Positions 26,001 to 39,588 of a DNA stretch of 64,000 nucleotides are shown piece after piece (within the stretch, counting starts at the first letter, position 1; every line of letters starts with the position of its first letter). Source of the DNA: Felis catus (taxonomy: Eukaryota); the NCBI RefSeq assembly GCF_018350175.1, contig NC_058383.1, positions 18,538,001 to 18,602,000 on the forward strand, written 5' to 3'. The notes beneath the pieces were generated by a model that worked only from the letters and a program-made list of their open reading frames with translations, did not search any database and was not told where the DNA came from. Position numbers and translations under genes: made by a program.

Positions 26001-26997
26001 CAGGAAGGAGCTCAGGACAGACATGCAGCACAGCAGATGAGTAAAAGAAGTGGGGAGGGAAAGGTTATTAAAGTGAAAAAGACACTCTCGAGATGTGAGA
26101 GCAGGCAAGCTCGAGAGAGTGAGCTGCACGCCCTGGCACTTGGGTTTCTATCTTTTATTGGCAGTGTTAACTAGGAGGCAGTATTTATTCTTTGGGGTGG
26201 GGAGTAGGGTTCGGCACTTTTTCTTTAAATCCAAATTAACTCCATTGTGTTAGGAGACAGGGAATCCTCTGGGACTGAAGAAGCTGATCCCATCCATAGT
26301 TACATTAACTAAGAGTCCTTGACCAAAATCTCCCTCGGCTTCTGAATGGCATCCTATCAGGAACACTGCTGAAGCTTCCTGGGGTTCAGGGTGGCAGGAG
26401 GCACCCTCCCCTGACTGCTCTGACACCCCTGTACTACTTGAGGAGGGATGTGGGCCTCCCTCCACTTCCCCTATTGCACCCTAACCTGCAGTAGGTGCGG
26501 GGAGATGGACTGAAATGCCGCAACCATTGAGGCTGCCTCTTTCCATTTTGGGGGAGTCGGTAGGCTTGGTGACCAATAATGATACCCTTCGTAAGCCTCT
26601 GGATCTAGCAGTAATGGATGGGGTGGAGGTTCTGGCCTTTGTTTAGAAGGGGCAGCCATTTCATATCGAATTACGCACGAGATATCTAAGGTACCTTTAC
26701 CCCGAGAGCAGGACCAAGAACACCAAACAGTCGATGGGGAAGGTCAAATGAGAGACATGAAAAGATGGCAGTGTGGAACTCCTACCTAACCCGGGCAACT
26801 TTCTCATGAGTTTCAGCCGTGATCCAGTCCCAAGGGAGGGGTCCCCTGTTGGGTGAGTGCCCCAAATGGGAACAGCTCCCACCTGTCCCTTTCGGGAAGC
26901 ACACAAGAAGATGTATCTTGAATTTTATGCTCATCGAGGGATCACACTGGGCTATTTAGGGGGTCGCCTAAATAGGTTGGCAGCCACCCTAATGACA
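23030..26997 (-). mobile_element. Truncated ERV1-like provirus (5' LTR, PBS, decayed internal region) in SGF29 intron 1
   Basis: Putative LTR about 26997-25912 (TGTCA...GCAACA on the minus strand, AATAAA at about 26154-26159), then PBS TGGCAGCCATGAAGGGAC 25907-25890, then leader/gag-like and AT-rich internal sequence interrupted by SINEs. Outer limits approximate. Confidence 0.6.
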
Positions 26998-27186
26998 TGT
27001 ATGGCCATCCCAAGCCCAAGAAGAATACAAACGTTATAAAAAACAGCAAAACAGGAGCTCCCGGGTGGCTCTGTCAGTTAAGTGTCTGACTTCGGCTCAG
27101 GTCATGATCTCATGGCTCCTGAGTTTGAGCCCTGCGTCAGGCTGTGTGCAGACAGTTCAGAGCCTGAGGCTACTTCGGATTCTGTG

Positions 27187-27217
<31 letters not shown>

Positions 27218-28528
27218 GCCCTCCCCTGCTCACACTCTGTCTCAGCCCCCAAAATAAACAAACACTAAAAAAAAAATAAATAAATAAACCAGTAAAACAG
27301 GGAGAGCCTGATTTCTGACCAACGCTGTTACGGCCAAGGTACCAGTGTCCAGCTGGGGGGCAGAAGTTTGTCCCTCCCTGTAGTGTAGCCACAGGCACAG
27401 GTTCTCTCCTGAGCACTTGGACAAGACACATTCTGGAGAGTCATACTATTCAGGACATCTCCAAAAAAGAACAAGAAAGAAACAAATACTGGGGGTAAAG
27501 AAGACTTACCAAGCCGCACTGAAGCTCCTGAATTTCTTTCATCACTGTCCCCGTACAGGCTACCAAAAATTATGTGGGGGTTGAGGCCAACAGTAAAGAA
27601 AGAATTCTTGAGCCGCTGACAGTGCAACTTACTAAGTGTATTTAAGTAGCATGGGAACCCAACCCACGGGCAGAAGGTGCTATACTTTTGCTGTGTGAGG
27701 CTGGTGGTTATATATACTCAGTAATCAAAGGGAAGGAGGCATGCTGGGAATATCAGATTACCAAAATTTCTTCGAATTTCTTTGAATGTCTACTCGTAAA
27801 ACTACTTTTGCAAGATTCCTTTGTCATTCAGTTCGATATTAACTATTGGAGATATAGAGGCAGTCGCGAGACCCTTACAGAATGTAGTAACCAGCATGTA
27901 TTTGATCTGTATCAAAACTATGCAGGCTTTAGGTCAGCTTCCTGGATAAGGGTAAGCATCTTCCTGCTTCTGTCCCTCATCATTTTCAGTGCAATCCCAG
28001 CTGGCTTCTTTGCAGAAATTAACAAGCTCATCCTAAAATCCATTTGGTAACTCAAGGGATCGAGAATAGACAAAACAATCTCGAATATAAAGATGTTTTC
28101 CCAATTACAAAATGCACTACACAAAGCTATAGCAATCAAGGCGATGCAGTACTGGCATAAGGATAGACCTATCAATCAATGACACAGAATCGAGAGACCA
28201 GAAATAAACCCTCATACCTACAGTCAATTAATTTCCAACCAGGGTCCCAAGACAACTAGAATAGTCTTTTTGACAAACAGTACTGGGACAACTAGGTATC
28301 CATATGTAAAAGAATGAATTTCGACCCCTTCCTCAGACCATATACAAAAATGATCTGGGGCACTTAGGTGGCTCAGTCGGTTAAGCATCTGACTTCAGCT
28401 CAGGTCACGATCTCATAGTTCATGAGTTTGAGCCCCGCATCAGGCTCTCCACTATTGGCACGGAGCCTGCTTTGGATCCTATGTCCCCCCCCCTCTGCCC
28501 CTCCCCACTTGTTCTCTTTCTCTCAATA

Positions 28529-28671
28529 NNNNNNNNNNNNNNNNNNNNNNNNNNNNNNNNNNNNNNNNNNNNNNNNNNNNNNNNNNNNNNNNNNNNNNNN
28601 NNNNNNNNNNNNNNNNNNNNNNNNNNNNNNNNNNNNNNNNNNNNNNNNNNNNNNNNNNNNNNNNNNNNNNN
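28529..28671. other. Assembly gap inside a SINE/L1 cluster
   Basis: Run of N. Confidence 0.99.
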
Positions 28672-29176
28672 AAGAGACATAACAAGTGTTGGTGAGGATG
28701 TGGAGAAATCCTACGAATGGAGGAAAGCGGTATTGTTCACACAAAGGCAGATATGATTCAACAATAAAAGGAACGAAGTATGACACATACTACAACACAG
28801 GTGAACCTTGAAAACCTTATGCTAAGTAAAAGAAGCCACACACGACAGACTGCATTACCTACTGTACGATTCCATTTAGATGAAATATCATCTAGGTAAA
28901 TCCACAGAAAATGGCGGCGGGGGGGGTGGTGGTGGCGGGAGTGTGGTTAGGGGGAAAGGGACTGTTAATGAGTACGGGGCTTTTTAGCCAGGGGATGACC
29001 ACGTTCTAAAACTGATTGTGGTGACAGCTGCACAACTCTGAATATACTGAAATTCACTGAGTTGTTAATTTTAGATAGATATACCTCCCACGCCCAGCCA
29101 CCAGCCTCAGGTAAACACTAATCTATTTCTGTTTCTATAGATTTTTTTTTTAATTTTTTTAAATGTTTATTTATTT

Positions 29177-29213
<37 letters not shown>

Positions 29214-29869
29214 CATGAGTGGGGGAGGGGTAGAGAGAGAGGGAGACACAGAATCTGAAACAGGCTCCAGGCTCTGAGCTGAAGTCGGACACTCAACCGA
29301 CTGAACCATCCAGGCGCCCCTCTATAGATTTTCCTATTGTGCACTTCATTTATTCTCATTGTTGAATAATATTCCTCTGCTCGCATACACCACACTTTGT
29401 ATATTAATCCATCAACTGATAGACATTTGGGTTGTGTTCACTTTTGGCTAATGAGAATAACACTGTTATGAACAGTCGTGGACAAGCTTTTCTGTGGACA
29501 TGTTTCCGTTTTCTCGGTCTATACCCAGGAGTGGAACTGCTGGGTTGTATGGTAACTCTAGGTTTAACCTTTTGAGGAGCTGCCAGATGGTTTCCAAAGT
29601 GGGCGCACCATTTTACATTCCCAGCAGCAAAGCACCAGGGTTCCGATATCCCTACATCTGCAGCAGTGCGTGTAACTGTCTTTCTGATCACAGCCCTCCT
29701 AGTGGGGTTGAAAAGTTAACTAGCAGTTTTGATTTGCATTTCCCCCATGGCTAATGATGCCGAACGTGTCTTCACCTGTTTATTAGCCATTTGTGTGTCT
29801 GCTCTGGAGAACTGCCCTTTACCCATTTTTATTGGGTTGTCTTTATTTTTGTCTTTGAAATACATTTTT

Positions 29870-30102
29870 AGGGGCGCCTGGGTGGCGCAGTCGGTTAAGC
29901 GTCCGACTTCAGCCAGGTCACGATCTCGCGGTCCGTGAGTTCGAGCCCCGCGTCAGGCTCTGGGCTGATGGCTCAGAGCCTGGAGCCTGTTTCCGATTCT
30001 GTGTCTCCCTCTCTCTCTGCCCCTCCCCCGTTCATGCTCTGTCTCTCTCTGTCCCCCCAAAAATAAAATAAACGTTGAAAAAAAAATTAAAAAAAAAAAA
30101 AA
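29870..30102 (+). mobile_element. Young felid Can-SINE (SINEC_Fc-like)
   Basis: GGGGCGCCTGGGTGGCGCAGTCGGTTAAGCG head, CpGs intact, CT-rich tail, poly(A), TSD GAAATACATTTTTA. Confidence 0.9.
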
Positions 30103-33100
30103 GAAATACATTTTTAAATGTCTATACAGTCCAATTTATCTATTTTTCCTGATTGCTTGGGACACAAGACACATTTTCCCACATGCAACACTATTTTTTA
30201 CCACCACAGCTTTACATAATACATTTTAATACAGGGAAGAACATGTCCCTTAAAAAAAAAAAAAAGTCCAGCTGCATTAGCTAGAATCGCATGAAATAAT
30301 AGATCTCGAGTTTAGAGAGTTTAGAGATTAGAAGCGTACAAACTTGAGAATGATCAGCATGAAGGAACTGATCTGCTGAGTGAGAAAAGAGGAAGGAGAA
30401 AGACCCCCCCAGTGAGCTACACCAAAGGTGAAGGTGTGGACGGAAGGAGAGCTCAGTGGAAAGATCCCAAGGAGGATGGATTCGCGTGGAAAAGAGTTGT
30501 TCTCTCCCGCTAAGTAAAGCAGGAACCCTGGGTGGAGCCACCTGCCGTGGACCTGCCCACACCGGTGCACGGTAAAATTGGGGCGAGCCCCACAACCGGA
30601 CGGGTGCATCTAACTTTACGCTGTGCCACCACAAACACCGGCGGCAGGCGTGCCCACAATGCTGTCCCGTAAATTGGTGTCGTTCCCGGCAAGTCTGTCT
30701 GACATTTCAACCTTTCTCCTTCTTTCGATGTTTTTGCTGCTGCCCTCAGACCCGGGTCTGAGCCCCCCTAGCTGAAGTCCCAAGTTCCCACTCTGGTCAG
30801 AAGAGAAGCCAGAGACCCTGTTCCCACCATGAGCAGGACAAGCTAAGTGCAGCAGCACCGGTCACCTCTGCACTTAGTGAAGAGCAACCCGTCATCTGTG
30901 CTCTGAATCCCATCTCCTCTCGGGCCGGCTGACGCCCCTTTCCTACGCCGTATGGCACACGAGCATACTTTAGGAGAGCCCATCTTAAAAATTAAATATG
31001 TAAGAGCTTCCAAACCCCACACTCCCCTCCAGCTCCCCACCTCGTCTCTTCACGGCAAAACTTCAGAAGTGGTCCAAGCCCGTGCTTCTAGTCCTCGCCC
31101 CCATTTGACTTCGCAACCCACTTCAGTCTAGCTTCCGTCCTCCCCAGCCCAGCGATGATGCTCTCGGGAGAACCAGGAACCGGACAGGTCAAAGAATTAG
31201 ATCTTTCCCCTGCCTGCATCCGCTGGACACAGGTGCCCACTGCCTCTTCCCCCGGCGTCAGGACCTCCCTCCTGCGTGGTCAGCCTCCACTCCTCTCCTG
31301 CACCGGCCTCTCGCCGGCCTGTCCTGCAAATGCTGGCGCTCCTTGGGGCTCGAGCCTGGCCGCCGCCGTATACACTTCCAGGTCTCTCCCCCACCCCACC
31401 CTGCCCTGGCCGCCACCCCATCCACCTGCCCCCAGATGTTACAGGAAAGGACTCGGGAGTGGTCTCAGTCAGGACTTTACTAGGACCTCAGGAAACAGGC
31501 AATGGGAGAGACAGGAGCCACCACGCAGGAGAAGCACATGTACACAACTACCTCCTGCCAGAGCTGTGGCACCAGAGAGGGTGGAAGCCTGAGGGGAAGG
31601 CAGTGTGGATGCGGGGTGGGGGTGGGGGGCTTCGGGTGGGGAAATGGGAGTACGCTGGCTGAGGGGCTTCTAGAAGCATGCTGAGAACAAGACCAAGGGC
31701 CAGAGAACAGGGCTGCATCTGAAGAAGACACGGGCAGTTGAGGGACGGGATCCGGCCCTGAGATACACACAGTGGCAGCCCTCGTTATTTGCGAACATTC
31801 CTTCCAGCCTAGCCCATCATCATTTTCGAACATTCCTTCCAGCCCGTCCCATCTACAAACACTTGACATGGAGGTCCCTTCCACCACCCCTCCCCTCCAG
31901 AGAGGCTGAAGGGCATGCCCTTCCCCCAAAGCTTACACTTGCAAGGATCAGCTCAAGCCTGGTCTTGCCTGACTGTCCCTCAATAAGCCAAACGTGTCTC
32001 CTGTTGGACTCTTCCTATCTAGACTTTCCAACCTACCTTTATAAACTGGCTTTTCTTCCCCAACCAGACTGGGAGCTCCTCAGGCAAGAACAAACACCTC
32101 TGCTTTCATCAGCAATCCCCTCACATCAATAACCACCACTGGTAAGTGGTGTCAAGGACTTGGCAAGAACTTGATAATAATTCTACTTGACACACCACCT
32201 CTCTCCTGCCCTGACCCTCTCCCCACCCCCCGCCCCCGCAGTAAGGTCCACTGTGAACTTCCCACATCAACTCTCCCAAACTTTGTTGTTAAGCAAAGGC
32301 TTCTTTCCTCGAATTATCAACTATGAGCCACATGGCACCAACTCCCAAATCTACCTCCAGCCCCCACAGCTTCCCCAAGATTCAGAACCTTATTTTCATG
32401 CCGGCTGGACAGCCCTACCAGAGAAGACCCCAAATCCCTATGCCTGACACAGACCTTCCTTGTATGAGTCTCTCCTATATGCTATAAATTTTCTACTATT
32501 TCAGAAAGATTTTAAATCAATTTGTCCAGAAACCATTCTAAAATACTGGTGATGGCTGTACAAATCAGTGAAACAACAACAACAAACCAACAATGAATCG
32601 TGCACTTTGGGTGAATTGTATGGTATGTGAATTATAGCTCAATAGAACTTAAACAAAACAAAACAAAACCTGTATGTCCAAAACCCAACTCATCCCTCCC
32701 TACCCACTCCACCCCTAAACTCCTGTGTGCTAGCTCGCTCCTTCCCTGCCGGCATGTCCAGAAGCCACTCAGCTGCCTGTGCTGAAAACAGCTGTTTTCA
32801 AACCACCTTCTCCCTCAATCCCCTGTCCAATCGGTCACCGATCCTGTTGACTCACTGCCCCCTTCTTAGCCTTCAGTCACTGTTTCCCACCACACCAATG
32901 GCCTCCCGGTAACTTACACAGCACCCTCTTCTGCATTTTCCTCTCCATCAAATCCACCCTCGACACGGCCGCGGCACCACCCATCTGAAAGACAAGCGTG
33001 GCCATGTTCCCCTGCCAAACGCTTTCAACCCGCGCCTCCAGGGTACATCAAGTCCTTACCCACAACACAGACTCGACGGAAGTGGCCTCCATCCCTGGCC

Positions 33101-36100
33101 CCCCATTCCTATCTCCTCTCGTTACCCTGCCTGCCTCACACTTCATACTCCAGACACTTCACACTCCTGCTTTTGACCACACACCATGTCACATTTCTTA
33201 TCCCCATGCTGTTCCCTCCATCTGGGACGTGCTTCCTGCAAGCAGGACATCTCTAATCCTCGGCCCAATTTAACTACTTACTCTCTAGGATCTGGCTCAT
33301 ATACCACCTCCCTTCACCAGCCACGGTCAGAAACCTGTCTCCTAGGCTGACTTGTCACCTTTCTCTGTGGCCTCGAATTATCCTGTGCCTCTCTCTACCA
33401 TACATAGTGCCTATCAAATCATATTCAAATTCTCTTTGTGTGTTTTTGTCTCCTCTCTTGAGGGTGGGGATCACTAGATCCTCGATACCTAGCACAGGGC
33501 TCCACACGTACCCACTGTCCTCATTTTCTATTCCCATTCACACCTCAGCCCGACACAGCATGGCGCCTCCCGCCCAGTCCCCAGTGATCTCCTGTTAGCT
33601 CCTGGACCTTTCTGCTGCCCTGAACACCTGACCACATGCTGCTTCTCAAAGCTTGGCTGAGCTTCCAGGCCTGCGGTCCCTCCTATTTCTCCAACCACCC
33701 TGTGCGGTCCTTCTGCTGCCCCCTCCTCCAACCCACAGGACGGCTACTCCAGGACCCCCCTCTCAGTCTGTAAGCTCCCTGGGTAGCTCATCTGCTGTAA
33801 GGCCCCATATTCTGAAACTTCCAGATTCCTCCATCAACCCTGACCCCTCGCCAAGGTTCCCAGCTCAGATTTTGAGCTGCCAGCTGAGGGCCCGAGATGC
33901 CCCTCAGACAACTCACACTTCCTGCTCTGCTCTGCCTTCCAGATGTGGTTTGATGGCACCCATCGCTGCCCAGCCAGCCTCCCAGGCCTCACATCTCAGA
34001 GGCATCCACTCCTCCTTCTTGGCCATCTGCAACCCCACATCTCCCTGATCCACCCCATTCCATTCCTAGGGATTTTGCCTCAGAAATTTCTCCCAAACCC
34101 GGCCCCTCCCTTCCACCCCACCTGTCACTGTCTTAGTTGGGGCTCTCATCACATTATCACAATATCACCCATTGCTGTGCCTCACTGTGGCTGGACACAA
34201 AGCCTGTTCCTCTTAAGGAAAAAAAAAAAAAAAAAAAAAAAACCCTTTAACATATGCACATAATTAAAAAAAAAAGTAACCCCTACTGTTTCTTGGGTAT
34301 TTCTCCAGAGGTATCCTATGCATACACAGGAAAAAAAGCATGTATCTCAGAAAACCTTTTGCAAATGGAAGATGCAGAGACACACACACACACACACACA
34401 AACACGTGATGGAGCTTGAAACTTTCAGCACACTGAAATTTGAAAGCTGACCCACGTGGTCTGGAGGGGAAGAAGGAGGTCAAAGAGCAAAGCAGTCAGG
34501 GCCTAATCTTGCAACCAGCAAGCAGCAGTGGGGGGATGGGCCCCGTTTTTGGAGACCTTTGGCCTCTGACACTCAGCCCCTATACCAATCATCGGGATCC
34601 CCTCACGTATAAATGGTGAAACGCTTTCGCCTCCCCTCATTTCTATCCAGTGTGAAACACTGTGAAGTGCTGAGATGGAGAACAGCATTCCGGAGGGTCG
34701 CCTTGTCCACTGGGCAGTGCCCCGCCCGGGAAAAGCTCATCTCTGGATTATACAACGAACGACTGCTTTCTCTGGAACCAGTCACCTCTGCAAGTGGACC
34801 ATCAAGCTTTTCCACTACCCGGATGCCCCTTCCCCCCAAACCTAACAGACAAATGCCAGCATGTTCTTCCTGCTCAAATGCCCTCTCTTCTTTGGGGCAC
34901 TCCTTAACCACTCAGCAGTGAGGAACGCCCCTGGGCCCCAGAGCACTCTGGCCACACCTCTCTTCCCATTTTTTCCTAATTTAGCAGACAAAAAAATAGT
35001 ATAAGAATTATTAAAGAATTATTAAAGTAAACCTCAGCAACCTAAATGATTTTCATGTTGTGCGCCGCTCTCTGTACCTGCAACATAACTGCAATCAGAG
35101 TGCACTTGCTCTTGTAAAACTGTTTTCTATTTGTGTAGGAGCCCACTTCTAGGATTTCCAGCCCCTTAAGTACAAGAACTGAGTGTTAGTCATCTCTGTG
35201 CCTTGGCACCCGAAACAAAGCCTAGAACATAGGAGGGCTTGGCAGCTGTTTATCAGAAACTATTCTGGTAAACACAGGAAGAGGCAAACAGCATTCCCGC
35301 ATGCCCAAACGCATCAAGTCACAAAAAGAAATGAAATACGCCACCAACAAGTCATCAGAGAAATGAACGGCCATGCATATTTTAGGAGCATTCCAAGGAG
35401 GGGAAAGGGGACAGAACAGGGAACATTAAGTTCTCATGAGGCCTTTTACTCACCCCGTGGGCGCTCCTTAACCTTTCTGAGTCTCCATAAAGACCAGAGC
35501 ACCCACTGGAGGATTAACAACACAAGTAAGGTCCAGGCAGTGCCTGGGACAACACACACACTTAGTGGACATGAGTTTCCCCCTCTCTGTCCGCAGATGT
35601 GGCTCAGGGAACTGCCAGGAAAAAACAGGGACTATGCTAAGTCGAGCAAAGCAGTCAAAGGCACAAGCAAAAGAAAACACTGATGCATCCCGAGCCTGAG
35701 GGGAGCGGCTCTGAGCAGATGGCCCGCACAAAGACCACACCATGGAGGAGTGCTCTCCTGTGTGAGCTCTGCCTGCTGGGTGGCGCCTTGCTTGGGAGAA
35801 CCACCTCATTTTATGATTTTACAACAAACTCCCACTAACTGGATCCAGTTGGTTGTGAACTTGGACTTCCCCAGAAAACATCTGCAACACCAGAGCCTGT
35901 GGGAACGAAGCACCGGGCACTGGAACTTGGCTGAAAGGCCAGAGCTCCCAGCTGGGAGGACATGACTTTGAGCCCAAGCTGCCTGTTATCAGAGTCCAAA
36001 GGCCCCAGCTGATCTATCACTGTTCTTAACCCTGGGAGGCCAGGCAATCCCTGCAAGGTTTCAGGCATTCTTCTGAATTCTAAGGCAAGGCCCAACAGTA

Positions 36101-38144
36101 TACGCTTTTTGGCTCCTAGCACTCTCTTCTTCCAACCGGTTTAGAAGCCACAACTTCCGCGGCGCCTGGGTGGCTCAGTTGTTGAATATCTCGCTCTTGA
36201 TTTGGGCTTAGGTCATGATTCCAGGGTCATACGATCAAGCCCCAGGTCAGACCCATGCTGAGCGCAGAGCCTGCTTAAGATTCTCTCTCTCTCCCTCTGG
36301 TCCTCTATCCTGCTCATGCTCTAAAAAAAAAAAAAAAAAAAAAAAAAAGCCCCACCTTCTATTTCTACCCAGAGGGAACCACCATTCTGACATTTTTCAC
36401 TATCGATTAGTTACACCTGTTCTAGAATTTCACTGAAATGTAATCATGCCATCCACCATCTTTAGGGTCCGGATTCTCTCAACATGTTTTTGAGATTCAT
36501 CGGTGGTGGTATGTGTATCAGGAGTCTGTTTCTTTCCACTGCCCAGCAGCATTCTCCTGTATGAAAAAACCTGTTTCTTTAACCAGCCCTCGCTTTGGTG
36601 GCACCTGGGTGATTCCCAGTTCGGGGCCACTGTGAATAAAACTGCCACGAGCAGTCACATGTGAGTCTTTTTTCGGACATATGTTCATTTCTCTTAAGTG
36701 CTTAGGTCTGAGGTGGATACTTAATTTTACAGGAAACCGCCAGACCAGACCCCGTTCCTGAGAAGGTGTACCGGCTTCCCACCAACAACATATGGAAGTT
36801 TTAGTTGCTCTACATGCCCGATGACATACAGTGTTGTTGTTTTCATTTTATTTAAGAAAATTTAGCCATTCTAGCTAGTGTGAAGTGGTTTTCCATTGTG
36901 GGTTTAATTTAGACTTCTCTGGTGACCACTGATGCTGAGCACCTTCCCATGTGCTTATATGGCTTCCTTTACCTGTTCAATTCAGCGGCCTTTTAGTATA
37001 TTCAAAAGGTTGTGCCACCATCACCGTGACCTAATTTCAGAATTATTTTCAGGACCCCCAAAGCCTGTACACCCCAAAAACCTGTCCCCATCAGCAGTCA
37101 CTCCCCTTAGCCACTGGCAACTGTTTATTCTACTTTCTGACTTTACAGATCTGCCTGTTCTAGATGCTTCATAGAAACAAAATCACACACTATGTGGCCT
37201 TTGGGGACTGGCTTCTTTCACTTAGCACAATATTTTCAAGGTTCATTCCTGCTATACATGTGTATTTCATTCCTTTTACGGCTGAATAATACCCCACTGG
37301 TATGGATTTTGTTTTTCCATTCATCGGTGGGTGGGACATTTAGGTAAAATGACTTTTATATCAAGAATCTGGGGGACACCTGGGGGGCTCAGTCGGTTGA
37401 GCATCCGACTTCGGCTCAGGTCATGATCTCGCAGTTCACGAATTCGAGCCCCGCATCAGGCTCTGTGCTGACAGACAGCTCAGAGCCTGGAGCCTGCTTC
37501 GGATTCTGTGTCTCCCTCTCCCTCTGCCCCTCCCCTGCTTGCACTCTGTCTGTCTCTTTCTCAAAAATAAACAAACATAAAAAAAAACTGGAACTCCCTC
37601 TGCGTGGCTATCTTTTCAAGATGAGTATCACGTAACAAGACACTGAGAACACCTCATCAGTGCCACTCCCTTCTGGGGGTCAGCTCCTGCTCCACTGACT
37701 CCAGTTAGTGGGTTTTTGTTTTGTTTTAATTTGTACGAGTTATGGTCATCGTCTGTGAGAGGGTTGGCCTGATCTGAGCTCCTCCATCATTACTGGAAGC
37801 AACCTCTCAGTGTATGCCCATCACCTTTTCTCTCCATTTTGGTAACAGTACTCCCAATTTCTCCTTCGAGAAAATGTCCTTCACCTTGGCTCCAAGATGG
37901 GTATATGACCTGGGCCCACAAGAGTATTCCACTCTTTCTGACCGCCATGACTAGCTCAGGAAGAGGAATGTGACCTAAGTCTGGCCCAAATCAATTTAAG
38001 AGCTTTTGCTGGGGGGCGCCTGAGTGACTCAGTCGGTTAGGCATCCAACTTCGGCTCAGGTCATGATCTCACGGTTCATGGGTTCGAGCCCCATGTTGGG
38101 CTCTGTGCTGACAGCTTGGAGCCTTGAGCCTGCTTCGGAATCTG

Positions 38145-38184
<40 letters not shown>

Positions 38185-39288
38185 GTCATGATCTCACGGT
38201 TCATGGGTTCGAGCCCCATGTTGGGCTCTGTGCTGACAGCTTGGAGCCTTGAGCCTGCTTCGGAATCTGTGACTCTCTCTCTCTCTCTCTCTGCCCCTGC
38301 CCCCCTAGTGCTCTGTCTCTCAAAAAAATAAATGTTTGAAAAAATTTTAAAAAATTGTTTTAATTAAAATTAGACAGAAATTAGGGGGAAAAAAAAGATC
38401 TTTTGCTGGAAGCTATCTGAAAAGAGATACCTTCTTTCAGTTGGTTGTTAACAGAGTAGCAGGGAAGCCTGGAACTGATGGAGGCTTTTGCCTGTCTGAG
38501 ACAGAAGTCAACATGGAGAAAAGTGGAGCTGAAAGACATTAAAAGAAAAAAAAAAATTCCTGGTGACATAACTTAGGTTTTGGGATATAACTGTGCCTGA
38601 GGCTGGTATACCCAGGACTTTTCAGTTAGAGTCTAATGGATACTACTTTTCTCCTTGGACTAGTTTGGGTTAGCTTTTTGTTATCTGCAACTGAGAAGCC
38701 TAATAGGTAATTATAGGGACAAAGAACGTGTTAACCGCTAACCACTCAGTCTAAACCTGTTCTCTAGCCAAGGCCTCATACCAATAAATCCAAACATTCT
38801 ATACTTAAACCACTCTAACATCAATCCCACAGGGCTTAAGACAGAGCTTTGTTCTGAATCAAAGGGAAGGCAGGCATCTAAGACCCTACACTCAGATCCC
38901 ATACTCTCAATGTAGCCACGCTCAACAACAATCTACATTCATCAATTGGTTTGAAAAAATTAAGGAGATGCGGATTTCTTTCCCCTACTACCTACCATGC
39001 TTCTAGACCAAAGCTTACATACATCATTCTCATTGAAACCTAACAATCGCCTAAGCACACCCTCTCTATAGCTGGGGAACCTGAAGTTCAGAGTGGTTAA
39101 ATTATGCTCGGTAACTCAGGAAATAACAGGTAGTTACAAAACTGCAAACTCTAAAATCTATGTTCTCCCTCCCAATTTCAAACTTTGTAAGGACTTCGGC
39201 TTATTCATTAGCAAAAGAGATCATGAAGTAAGACCATTTCGTCTACTAGAAACTGTCAATCAACTGTTATTAAGATTGCACTGAAAGA

Positions 39289-39518
39289 GGGGCGCCTGGG
39301 TGGCGCAGTCGGTTAAGCGTCTGACTTCAGCTCAGGTCACGATCTCGCGGTCCATGGGTTCGAGCCCCGCGTCGGGCTCTGGGCTGATGGCTCAGAGCCT
39401 GGAGCCTGTTTCCGATTCTGTGTCTCCCTCTCTCTCTGCCCCTCCCCCGTTCATGCTCTGTCTCTCTCTGTCCCAAAAATAAATAAAAAACGTTGAAAAA
39501 AAATTAAAAAAAAAAAAA
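39289..39518 (+). mobile_element. Young felid Can-SINE (SINEC_Fc-like)
   Basis: Full-length, poly(A) tail, TSD AAGATTGCACTGAAAGA. Confidence 0.9.
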
Positions 39519-39588
39519 GATTGCACTGAAAGAGTCACCAATAGGATGGCGATTCATAGTGGCTTCTGATAAACATAAAGGTAACAAT

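Larger units (their letters stand above)
27975..30150. mobile_element. Old L1M fragments (plus strand about 27975-29075, minus strand about 29085-30150) with SINEs and an N-gap
   Basis: ORF2-like FSAIPAGFFAEINKLILKSIW and typical L1M 3'UTR motifs. Confidence 0.7.
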
